This document shows, piece by piece, positions 52,560 through 64,000 of a stretch of DNA of 64,000 nucleotides (the first letter of the stretch is position 1; each line of letters opens with the position of its first letter). Both the position numbers and the translations under genes were made by a program. The stretch spans positions 38,316,001 through 38,380,000 of the forward strand of contig NC_043001.1 in assembly GCF_006345805.1 (NCBI RefSeq), written 5' to 3'. The DNA comes from Octopus sinensis (Eukaryota). The notes beneath the pieces are model-generated. The model had not been told where the DNA came from and made no database searches. It saw only the letters and a list, made by a program, of their open reading frames with translations.

Positions 52560-53500
52560 CTCGACCAGATCTAGCTGGAACAACTCTCCGCTGTCTCTGA
52601 TATTGCCACTAACCCTAACCCTAACCCTAATTTAGTCTTGTTCTTCCCAGAGACTGAGAGTCGTTTCATTAGATTGTAAGCAGCTTATCTCACAAAATTT
52701 CTGGTTCCAGTCTCTATGGCGAGAACCTTGACCTGGAAATTGCCTTCCCACATGCTGTTGTCTAGACAGGCGTATTTTTTAGCCTTGAACACCTGTGCTT
52801 CTTCTGTGATACTTTCAATCGGTATGGTGAGTTCAATCAAAATCAGTTGCTTTGATGAAATGGAATGGAGTACGATATCCGGCCTCAAACCACTCTTCCT
52901 GATGATTTCTTGTTGTTTTGTTGATCCTGGAAGGTCTGCTGAGTACTTTCAGTCATCCGCACTGCCCAAAAGACTCATTTCCCGCGCCTCGTATGACATA
53001 GCTGTTTTTGACTATGATTTGCTGTCTCCTGCCGTGTTGAATGTTGTTGGAGATTCTGGTTTTACTCTTGCCGTACATATCCCTTGTGTGATCTTTTTAA
53101 GTATACCTTCCTTGGGCTAGTGCTACTCTGTAGGAGCTCAAAATGTGTTCCATTGTCTACCTACCCCGGTAGAGTGGGCATTCAGGATAATCAGATTTGT
53201 CCCACTTCATTAGGTTCGTATTCAAAGACAGGTGGTCATAGACAGATCTGAAGATAAAACTTATTCTAGGAGGTGCTTATGTCGCAAGTCGTTCCAGGTG
53301 ACACCCTGCTTCTGGAGTGCACCTTCCCACTTCGTCCGCTGGTCCTATAAATTCTGTTGTACAGCCTCTCGGATTTTTATGGCTTCCTCTTCCTTTTTCC
53401 CCTCATGTAATTTAATACTGCCTGTAGGTATAGTATAGCCGAATGGTAAGAAGTTCGCTTCGCCTCAACGATATCTTGGGTTCGATCAGACTGCGTAGCA
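52560..53500 (-). pseudogene. 3' part of an RLE-type non-LTR retrotransposon (HERO-like, R2 superfamily)
   Basis: FRSVYDHL...NL.KW...CPL...MEHILSS...LAQGRYT zinc-knuckle region; LRPDIVL.S...LIELTIP.E...EEA..K.KKY..L...IETGTRNFV restriction-like endonuclease. Confidence 0.85.
52609..52630 (-). repeat. Interstitial telomeric repeat (TTAGGG)3+
   Basis: ctaaccctaaccctaaccctaa. Confidence 0.85.
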
Positions 53501-54807
53501 TCTTGGAAAAATATTTTCTATAGTGCCGAATAGATTCATACATGAGTAAAATTGGGTGGGCGACAACCCCGAGGGCGGGTTGTTTCTGTAATATAAAAAG
53601 TACAGCCTTGTCACGCTGATTCAGCCTGTGTCACGCTGATTCAGTCTGAGAATTACATTATAAGTACACGTGTTTGTGGAATACTCAGCCAATTAGAGGT
53701 TAATCCAGGAGCAGTTAAGTTAATTAGTAGAAAACAGAATCCCCATCGACAAATAACTGAGATCTACTGATCGATTTGCACTTGATAAGCTTGTGTAGAA
53801 CTCAAATTTTTTAATATTATTTTTGTTCAGGGTCGGATAGGTCGTATCAAATTGGTTTACTAAAGATACACTATATGAAATTGAAAGTCTTTTGTAGTGT
53901 CCTAACACAATCTACATATATTTTACGAAAAGTAATTGATTTTTCTTTATGGCAGCAATCATATTTAGCCAAACAATTGAATATAGACTTTTGTTCGGCG
54001 AAAAGGTTAAATATTAAATTGAAATTGATGAAACCAATTTTTCTGAGTGGTTTTGTGTTGTGCAGTCGTTCTAAATCTTTTTGGTTTCGTGTACTGAAGA
54101 TGAAACGAAATATTCCTCTAGAATACTTCGCGTGAAAAATATATAAAAAAAAAAACCCTTCGAACTTTAAAGTTCAAAATTCTTTTTAAAATGTTGGAAA
54201 CTATTGTTTACTTCATTTATTAATCATGTATATGCTTATATAAATGACGAATAGCATGGTTTTAGATATTTTCAAGCAGTCTGGGTTTTCTGAAGCTGTA
54301 AATTTCGTTTTGAAATCCGCGCCATACCCAAATACCGCATTGTAACAGAACATTTGAGGACAACCGGAATAGTGTATTGGATATCTATAACCTGCACAAA
54401 GGTACATAACACTTGCAAACCAACGAAAGTGCTCCTTCGTCACAAAGAATAGAAAATTTTTCTTTTAAGTTGATATTAACCTCTTGAAATAGATGAACAT
54501 ACCGGTTTAGGTTGCCCTGTATATAAATCAGAAAAGAAGACGAGATCGCTACCGAAGGAATGTGTTGAATGATAAAAACGAACAGAGTAACACGTGGTTA
54601 CGCACTACACGCGGATGAAATCTGAGATCGATGAAACTCTAAAATCCAGCATATTACTCTCAGAAATATAATCAGACAACAACATTTATCAATACTTCAC
54701 ATAATTACACTCCACCATAAATCACAAACCATAATATATATAAACACGCAGCACAGACAAACATAAAATATAGGTATACATAGAAATAACTACAGGAGCA
54801 ATAGGTT

Positions 54808-55384
54808 TGTAGCAGAAGTGATTTACAGTCATTATGTATGAGATGTTTTCGTTATGGGTTGTCTAGGCTCCACAAGCCTTTTCGTTCCAGCAGGCCACAT
54901 GATCTTGTGATTAGCTGAAATTGTTGTTTGTATTGGTCGGTTTCCAGCCGTCCAATCGTGTTGGCGCAACAGTTCGTTTTTCCTTATGCGGGAGCCTACA
55001 GTTCTCGACTGCTCTATGTCTTTGACACACACCACTGACCACACGCAACTCGTCTCCGGAAACGATGCATCTGACACCAGCCAGTCTCCGCTTTCATCTT
55101 CTTCACCAGACGCCTGCTTACATCGTTGATACATGAACATCACACAGCCAACAGACCAACGGCTGCCACTACACACCACCAAACAGTACGTCAACTTTGC
55201 CTACAAGATCAGTCCAATCTAACCACGAAGTTGCTCACATTTTTTTGTAACCTGTTATATTATTTTATTTCATGTATGGCAATCATTGTATTTTATAACG
55301 TAGAATAAATCGTCGCTTACCAGTTCATTTCATCTAAAGTCGTATTTCATTTCCACATTTTCCTCATTTACCATCTTCGTTATA
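54808..55384 (+). mobile_element. 5' LTR of a Ty3/gypsy element (CsRn1/Kabuki-like)
   Basis: Homologous to 41639-42246; directly followed by a PBS. Confidence 0.82.
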
Positions 55385-55386
55385 AT

Positions 55387-55396
55387 TGGTGACCCC
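55387..55396 (+). promoter_or_regulatory. Primer-binding site complementary to tRNA-Trp 3' end
   Basis: TGGTGACCCC 2 nt after the LTR end; matches the first 10 nt of the known tRNA-Trp PBS TGGTGACCCCGACGTGAT. Confidence 0.75.
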
Positions 55397-55399
55397 TAA

Positions 55400-55700
55400 C
55401 ATGAGTGATTTTGCGACGTTCAACTTCATGGTTGCCTCTGTATTATCAGCTCTATCGCGTGGAAAGCTAAGAATTTTTTCAGCGGTCAAGTTTCCCATTT
55501 TGCCAATGACTTGCAGAACCTATAACTAAGAACTTCCTTGCAGCTGAACATATTGTTCATAGTCAAGCTAACAACAATTGACACTTTATCTCTCCCCGAC
55601 GAAGTTTTCTATCCGATTTGCAAGATTTCTCTTCTTCCCTACGGTATAAAATATGTTTCACAGTGTAATATGTTTTTGCCGACCTAGACCATTACTAGCC
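55400..55700 (+). pseudogene. Decayed gag N-terminus of the LTR element
   Basis: SAVKFPIL resembles VAVKLPPFW; SLPDEV...LLPY resembles SL..EV...P..PY..LK. Confidence 0.45.
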
Positions 55701-56689
55701 TCCTCAGAATATAATTTTTCAGTGTATCAGTACACTACTGTCTCAATCTCTCCCTATATCTATATCAACTATGCGTCACTGTATGTTAATACAGGACATG
55801 CATTACATAATTTTCTGACTCTTTCCTTTCTAGAATTGATTTCATCTGGAACTCTCCATACTGTTAATTTTTTTGTTCATTCGGAAATCAGCAAGGTTAT
55901 AAACTGTGTATAACAATCATCAATATTAGGAAAAACACACACACAAAACAAAACAAAACAAAAGTATTAAAATATACATTTCGTCACGTTTCTAGTACTA
56001 GGCAAGCTAACTAGGATGTTTTTCGCGGTCGATCGACAGGGTAAACATAACAGCCAAATCTCCTTCAAACCACATCCTAACTTCTTAAAAAAAGAATTGT
56101 TTAAATAATGTAGTCCAGAGCATACTATACCTGGAAAAAAAAAGATGGCATCTCTGATCATAAGTCTACTTAATCAAACTTGACGTGGTACCAAATGACA
56201 GCAGTAATAATTTGTTAGTGGGATACCTAGCAAACACACTAATTAGAATCAAGTTTCGGTTTCAATGGTAGAGAAAACTTAGATACAAATATCAAATATG
56301 CGAGTTCTATTACCTTCTGAACGTAATAGAACGTAAACTCACAATTGCATGCTAATGAAGGATTTGTGAATTACAGAATTATCACTGCTTTAGGTGACAG
56401 GTCACTTTCGAGTGCTACTGGTAACATGTAACCCAGTACAATCTGTCGCTTAATGATGAAAAATCCCCGAGCCTGGGTCACGGTGAAGTCATGGGGAGCA
56501 GCATTGCGGATGTGAAATTGAACGTATAGGTCTTCATTCGACATGTTGGCGAAATTACACGATACAGTCTGTTCAGTCAACAGTCAGTCTGGGGTTGACC
56601 AATCCAGTTTGCAGATTATTGGCGGTTCATCAACTCATTTTGCTTAGTTGAGAACACTATGGAGTTCTGAAACTCAAAGTATCACCAAT

Positions 56690-56770
<81 letters not shown>
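56690..56770. repeat. (TAC)n microsatellite
   Basis: About 27 perfect units. Confidence 0.97.
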
Positions 56771-57356
56771 AAGTGGTTGTTGAAGTAGATTTTAGGGAAG
56801 TACGCTTCGTCTTGGTTTGGTCTATAAACAAATCAGAAAGTATAAGTCACTCTATTTTCTACACCACATACTAGAATAAACCATCCCTACATTATTTAGA
56901 GTGAACTCCATTCGACTATGTTTTTCTTGTCCTTTTAACTGGGGAAAAGTCACTCACATCATTTGTATTAGGATCAACAGAATTTTGAGAATATTTTGTA
57001 AAAACAACAATGTTATAACCTACAACAAGGAAGTCTCTACCAGGACATACAACTCATTAGAAATAGAAACAGAATTTTCTTCAAACAGTCTACTGTCTAA
57101 AAAAAAAAAAAGAACAAATTGGATAATGTGCTTCTTGATATTCATAATGATGAGAAAGTCATAGATGGAACATCTTTGATCACAGGTATGCTCGACCAGA
57201 GCTAACCTGGAGCTAGTAGCGTATAATTAAGCTATACACACAGATGTATAAAAATTTGGAAACGCAGAGCCAATTACATACAGAAAAACGCTTGCACATA
57301 TAACATGTGCAGATGCAATCCCAAACAAGAATAGAAAGACATATATACAGGTTCTA

Positions 57357-58034
57357 GGTATTTTCACTCCTGGTAATTTCACTCCCGGTATTTTGACTCC
57401 GGTAATTTGACCCCCGGTAATTTAACAGCCAGTCAATTTTTCGTCCGATATTCGAAAAAAAAATAATAAAAAGTTGAATAGAAACAAAATAAAAAGTACA
57501 GTAAAACAAAAATATTACTAAAAGCATCAATAATGGTGAAAGTTATGAGCTACAGATCGTAAAAATTCCATCTAATTTTCGGAACTTATATCGCTCAATA
57601 ATTATCTGCAGTCGTTTGTTGATATCTTTATACATTTTTTTCTTTGGTCTCGCAGATCTCGGAATCTATGGAAATTAATAACCTCATCGAAAAGGGAAGA
57701 ACACTTGGCACAATTGAGAAAGGTTGAATTTGATCAAGGTGAGATCTGTGAGACAAACAAGAGTATAAAGATATAAACAAACGGCTGCAGATAATTACTG
57801 AGCCATATAGTCCCGAAAATAAGATGGATTTTTTACGAGCAATAGTTCATAACCTTCATCATTATTGAAGCTTTTAGTTATATTTCTATGTTTTACTGTA
57901 CTTTTTATTTTATCTTTATTTAATGTTTTATTTTTTCTAATATCGGGAGTGAAATTGACTGGCAGTCAAATTACTGGGGTTCAAATTACCGGAGTCAAAA
58001 TACCAGGAGTGAAATTACTAGAAGTCAAATTACC
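57357..58034. mobile_element. Foldback-type (Mutator/FB-like) MITE with about 300-bp modular TIRs
   Basis: Arms 57357-57660 and 57741-58034 are reverse complements; outer parts built of 14-15 bp subrepeats GGTAATTTSACYCCY; 80-bp spacer. Confidence 0.85.
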
Positions 58035-59749
58035 GGCTATCATTTATGACAGATATATACTCATCCTTCCCTATACATGCATTAATCTATAAATCAGTTG
58101 ATAAGCTATTAAGAATCAAATCATGAATTTATATATTAAAATAGAGCGTAAACTTACAAAAACAAAAACATTGACAAAAATATCTAAAAAATTAATAAGC
58201 AGTAAACTAGTTACTATCAAGGACTGAATTTGTCAATCATTGTCTGTAATTTATGAAATTATGAAAATAATGGAAACTCCGATTAAAGACGACAAAACGA
58301 GAACAAACTATATATTTTTCAAGGTCAATAACAGCGTAAATGCAAGGTGATGCAACAAGGAATCGAAATTGGTTTGCAGACTAGATTTATCGAGAATAGT
58401 ACCAGAGGTATTTCCACACAATGAATTCATACATTGCCACAATGTCATAAATTAGCAAGAAAGGAAAATGAGATTGTGTGACATTTATGTTTTTTTTTCA
58501 AGCCAATTATTCAATTATATCATGCTTTTAAAGTTTCGTTAAAGAGTTAGATGCTTTTGACAGTAATTCGAAACTATGACAAACTCAGCACGCCAGAAAC
58601 TTATTATTTGCTCTATAGTATTCACAACCTCGCCATAATATAATTGGAAGACAATTCACAATACAAACAGTGGAACAAAAGAGAATAACATCTGGAGGCG
58701 TCAATGTAGGCGGGATTAAGAGGTTAATTGCTAAAATTGAATAAACCCTTGAAATTTCGAAGTAAATCACTGACAAGAGAACCTATAGACATTTTTGTGA
58801 ATGATCAATGCACAGTGTTTTGGTCATTCTACTTGGTCATTATGATGTAATATAATACAACACACACAAACGTACTCACATAAAAATACACACACGAACG
58901 CGCACGCACACACACACACTACAAGTACAAATGCCTACATAATACACACTCGATCGCCCACATTCATTTCCGATGCTACTACCGCTGTTTACAACTTCCT
59001 GGTTTCTTTCACTGCTAAAGTACAATGCATGTAATAGAATTACATACATTCTTTAATGTTGTACATACGGGTACTATCGCGCACGTATGTATCACGCACA
59101 CTTCATGTATACACGAATATATACGCACACAGAATGCATTCAAATGAATACGCTCTCATTCTTACTCATTTGTTCTCACCCTTAGTACTTTCTAACAAAA
59201 GCATTAGTAGTAGTGAACCACTTCGATTCACTTTATATTGTGAATTATTTTCTGCTAATGAGATATTTCTAGAATGCTTCAGAAGGGTATTGATTAATAT
59301 TTTATTTCTACTTATTGCGAATAGGCATTCTTATTTCTTCTTGTAATTTGCACTTAAGTCTTTCGCTGGTTGAACTTATTTCGCGTTTGTTTGATCTGTT
59401 GGCCAACAAAGGTGGGTTAATGTTCAGAATACCCTTTTCAGGCCGTTCTACACTATCCTGTAAAAATAACTGATTGAAACAGATACGGTTACATTCAAAT
59501 TGTTATCCTTCAGATTGGTGGTTGAATGAAAAACATAGAAATAAAATCTTTTGGAAACGAAGAGCAATTTCATAGGAGAAAAGTATTTCGCTTGAGACGT
59601 CAAACTGTTATATCCTCTATGTTGCCGTCTTGCATTGTGGATGTGCTTCAAATCTGGAAAAGAGTCGAAAGACATCCTTATTGGAGTGAGCCATTTTGGT
59701 TCTCTATGAACGCCATGTTCATGAAATAATCCTTTAATTTTATCAATTC

Positions 59750-59999
59750 TCGTCAGTCACAACCAGCCCTGGGAGGATGGACTTTTAGAGGTCAAAGACT
59801 GATTTTGATGCTTCTGTCGTGTTTCCGCTGTATTGGTATCACGTCTGGGCTGAGCATTCGATTTTTGAGTCATTGATTTATAGCTTGTGCATGTATTTTA
59901 CACACGCAACACACACACATGGATCAGCGCGATCGGATGACCAATATTATTCAAGTTAGAAGCGCACAAACAGACGGAATGGATTTTATATATTAAGAT
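59750..59999 (-). mobile_element. 5' end of a minus-strand Helitron-type element
   Basis: Minus strand begins atcttaatatataaaatccattccgtctgtttgt, similar to the 5' ends at 34558 and 60630. Confidence 0.45.
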
Positions 60000-60045
60000 A
60001 TTATATATATAATATATATATATATATTATATATTATTATATATC

Positions 60046-60243
60046 TATAGTAGAAGACGCTTGGGCAAGTGTCTTCTACTATAACCTCGTTCCGACCAAA
60101 GCCTTGTGAGTGGATTTGGTAGACGGAAACTGAAAGAAGCCTGTCGTATATATGTATATATATATATATCGACGGGCTTCTTTATATATATATATATCGA
60201 CGGGCTTCTTTATATATATATATATATATATATCGACGGGCTT

Positions 60244-60327
<84 letters not shown>

Positions 60328-60540
60328 TGTGTGTGTGTGTATGTGTGTGTGTTTGTTCCTCCCCAACATCACTTGACAACCGATGCTGGTGTGTTTAGCA
60401 AAAGTAACTTAGCAAAAACGCCCGATAGAATAAGTACAACGCTAACAAAGAATAAGTCCTAGGGTAAATTTGTTCGACTAAAGGCGGTGCTCCAGCATGG
60501 CCACAGTCAAATGACTGAAACAAGTAAAAGAATAAAAGAA
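60046..60540 (+). mobile_element. 5'-truncated SINE family 1 with foldback rearrangements (duplicate at 62097-62550)
   Basis: cttgggcaagtgtcttctactata...gactgaaacaagtaaaagaataaaag. Confidence 0.85.
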
Positions 60541-60629
60541 TAAAAAAATATATTATATATATATTATATATAATGTATATATATTATATATATATATATA
60601 TATATTATATATAATATATATATTATATA

Positions 60630-62071
60630 TCTCTTATTATAAAAGGCAGATTTTATCTGCCTCCTTTGTAAGTTATAGAAATCTACAATATAGGATTTCT
60701 TCAATTACAATTTACCTAGCATTTTTAAGAGTAGAATGCATCGGGTCATGCCAGGTCCAGTTTTTAAAATTTAAACTCCAATTAAGCAAAATTTACAGAA
60801 AACTCACATTCTGGTGTGTATGTCAAATGCTTTTCTTAGTCTGGTTTACAGCACACGCAAACGCACACACACAGTGTGCAACGAATAAAATGAAAGTAAA
60901 TAGCGACAGAGTGATTTGAGGAAGACTAAACTGAAAGTATTTAAACCACTACTCAAAAAATAAAAAAACACAGCAAACAGAAACAAATAAATACATAACG
61001 ATTTACTCCTCACACAATTTCTTCAATTAGAATTTACCTAAGATTTTTCAAAGTACTCCATTCGCTCATGCCATAATATATTTCTTTCAATTTCACCCCC
61101 AATTAAGACAAAATTCGAGAAAACTCAATATTTTAACATTTCACTCCGAAAGCATTGATGTACATGTGTGCGTGCGTGAGTGTGTGTGTGTGTGTGTGTG
61201 TGTGTTTGATGGGTTGTGCGACACAGAAAGTGTGGTGTGTAAGTGAAGTGCTTTTGTTAGTGTGTGTAAAGAGACAGACAGAGTGAAAGACAGAAATAAC
61301 TGAAGTTTTCACTATGATATCACGTGCGAAAAAATTCGAAGGTTTTGAACAATTGAGATACAGATGTCACGCCTGTATTGAAACCATTGCTAAGCTGCCG
61401 TAATTGCTTAATTAAGACTTTGTTTAAATTGAAAGGGGCAAATATGTGACGAGGTTGAAAAAAAATACCCCAGAAAAAAAAATGTACTGCTGGTATTTAT
61501 ATAATTCACTACTATTTTGCTACAATGTCATGAAAAAGAAAAAAATTAGGTATGTAAATCGAATTCGCCACCCCCTTTTCCCCGTTCGCGTTTGTGTAAA
61601 AAAAATTATTATTTAAGTTTTAAAAATTATTTACTTTGTTCAAAAAATATTAATATTAATTAATTTTCAAGAATTATTTAATTTTATTCTGTAAAATAGT
61701 AATTAATTCATTTATCTGTAAATCCGCGAGGTTGTTACTCAGGCACCTACAATGGTAACCTTCAACTAACACTATCTCCTCCGAGACCCTGCGGCGCAAG
61801 TTGACCAAAATTGAGAGTATGGTAGAAGAAGGGTTGCTCTTCCTTCCGTAGAACATAAAATTCAAATCGGACCATGTTAACACCAAAAATTATTTACATC
61901 AAAAAGATGCTTTTTTCTATGAAAATCCCTATTTTTTACGAGTTTTTCACTGCTGTGTCGCCACTTTTCGGTGTATTTCGACCAGAAAAATGTTCACAAA
62001 ATTTTTACTTTTCAAAATTACAATTCCAGCGGGTCGAAACAAACCCGAGCAACGCCGGGCGATACTGCTAG
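60630..62071 (+). mobile_element. Complete non-autonomous Helitron, 1442 bp
   Basis: A|TC 5' end, CCCG-agcaacgc-CGGG hairpin 12 nt from the end, CTAG|T 3' end; internal diverged ~110-bp direct repeat (60693 vs 61015). Confidence 0.88.
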
Positions 62072-62194
62072 TTATATATATATATTATTATATATCTATA
62101 GTAGAAGACGCTTGGGCAAGTGTCTTCTACTATAACCTCGTTCCGACCAAAGCCTTGTGAGTGGATTTAGTAGACGGAAACTGAAAGAAGCCCG

Positions 62195-62238
<44 letters not shown>

Positions 62239-62248
62239 CGGGCTTCTT

Positions 62249-62354
<106 letters not shown>

Positions 62355-62635
62355 TGTGTTTGTTCCTCCCCAACATCACTTGACAACCGATGCTGGTGTG
62401 TTTAGCAAAAGTAACTTAGCAAAAACGCCCGATAGAATAAGTACAACGCTAACAAAGAATAAGTCCTAGGGTAAATTTGTTCGACTAAAGGCGGTGCTCC
62501 AGCATGGCCACAGTCAAATGACTGAAACAAGTAAAAGAATAAAAGAATAAAAAAATATATTATATATATATTATATATAATGTATACATATTATATATAA
62601 TGTATATATATTATATATAATATATATATTATATA

Positions 62636-63182
62636 TCTCTTATTATAAAAGGCAGATTTTATCTGCCTCCCTTTGTAAGTTATAGAAATCTACAATATAG
62701 GATTTCTTCAATTACAATTTACCTAGCATTTTTAAGAGTAGAATGCATCGGGTCATGCCAGGTCCAGTTTTTAAAATTTAAACTCCAATTAAGCAAAATT
62801 TACAGAAAACTCACATTCTGGTGTGTATGTCAAATGCTTTTCTTAGTCTGGTTTACAGCACACGCAAACGCACACACACAGTGTGCAACGAATAAAATGA
62901 AAGTAAATAGCGACAGAGTGATTTGAGGAAGACTAAACTGAAAGTATTTAAACCACTACTCAAAAAATAAAAAAACACAGCAAACAGAAACAAATAAATA
63001 CATAACGATTTACTCCTCACACAATTTCTTCAATTAGAATTTACCTAAGATTTTTCAAAGTACTCCATTCGCTCATGCCATAATATATTTCTTTCAATTT
63101 CACCCCCAATTAAGACAAAATTCGAGAAAACTCAATATTTTAACATTTCACTCCGAAAGCATTGATGTACATGTGTGCGTGC

Positions 63183-63219
<37 letters not shown>

Positions 63220-64000
63220 ATGGGTTGTGCGACACAGAAAGTGTGGTGTGTAAGTGAAGTGCTTTTGTTAGTGTGTGTAAAGAGACAGACAGAGTGAAAG
63301 ACAGAAATAACTGAAGTTTTCACTATGATATCACGTGCGAAAAAATTCGAAGGGTTTTGAACAATTGAGATACAGATGTCACGCCTGTATTGAAACCATT
63401 GCTAAGCTGCCGTAATTGCTTAATTAAGACTTTGTTTAAATTGAAAGGGGCAAATATGTGACGAGGTTGAAAAAAAATACCCCAGAAAAAAAAATGTACT
63501 GCTGGTATTTATATAATTCACTACTATTTTGCTACAATGTCATGAAAAAGAAAAAAATTAGGTATGTAAATCGAATTCGCCACCCCCTTTTCCCCGTTCG
63601 CGTTTGTGTAAAAAAAATTATTATTTAAGTTTTAAAAATTATTTACTTTGTTCAAAAAATATTAATATTAATTAATTTTCAAGAATTATTTAATTTTATT
63701 CTGTAAAATAGTAATTAATTCATTTATCTGTAAATCCGCGAGGTTGTTACTCAGGCACCTACAATGGTAACCTTCAACTAACACTATCTCCTCCGAGACC
63801 CTGCGGCGCAAGTTGACCAAAATTGAGAGTATGGTAGAAGAAGGGTTGCTCTTCCTTCCGTAGAACATAAAATTCAAATCGGACCATGTTAACACCAAAA
63901 ATTATTTACATCAAAAAGATGCTTTTTTCTATGAAAATCCCTATTTTTTACGAGTTTTTCACTGCTGTGTCGCCACTTTTCGGTGTATTTCGACCAGAAA
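62636..64000 (+). mobile_element. Second, near-identical copy of the non-autonomous Helitron (runs off window)
   Basis: Same sequence as 60630 onward apart from homopolymer/microsatellite length differences. Confidence 0.88.

Noticed and set aside
41639-55384. The two homologous LTRs as ends of one 13.7-kb provirus
   Set aside because: The PBS follows the downstream copy, not the upstream one; no gag-pol lies between them; the copies are clearly diverged
56371-56580. Possible APE endonuclease C-terminus (ESDLSP resembling SDHLP); similar doubt for 46441-46802 and 20943-21200
   Set aside because: Catalytic residues not preserved; cannot be assigned without a profile search

Overview
Eukaryotic, AT-rich, microsatellite-dense DNA, almost certainly an octopus (coleoid cephalopod), judged from the SINE families and repeat landscape. 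Bases 1-14427 hold the 3' part of an importin-7 (IPO7) gene on the + strand. Ten coding exons were reconstructed by hand; all have GT-AG boundaries and give one continuous frame ending ...VPSSFNFGQMGP*. An apparently long, transposon-free 3' UTR follows. The introns carry piggyBac derivatives, MITEs and SINEs. From about 20 kb to the end there is no recognisable host gene, only transposon remains: Helitron Rep/helicase remnant and non-autonomous Helitrons, two decayed hAT transposases, a Tx1/L1-like LINE, RTE, Penelope-like and HERO-like (RLE) fragments, Ty3/gypsy LTRs (one with a tRNA-Trp PBS), an internally deleted mariner, foldback MITEs and many tRNA-derived SINEs. The window ends in a ~2 kb near-identical tandem duplication. 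Most ORFs in the supplied track are microsatellite artefacts. I see no clearly new multi-gene system. The best lead is an inverted pair of related piggyBac elements bracketing an in-frame 948-nt block of eight IPO7 exons (circRNA/dsRNA-editing hypothesis). Smaller leads are several foldback, duplication and telomeric-insertion oddities. All family assignments come from motif recall, not database searches.
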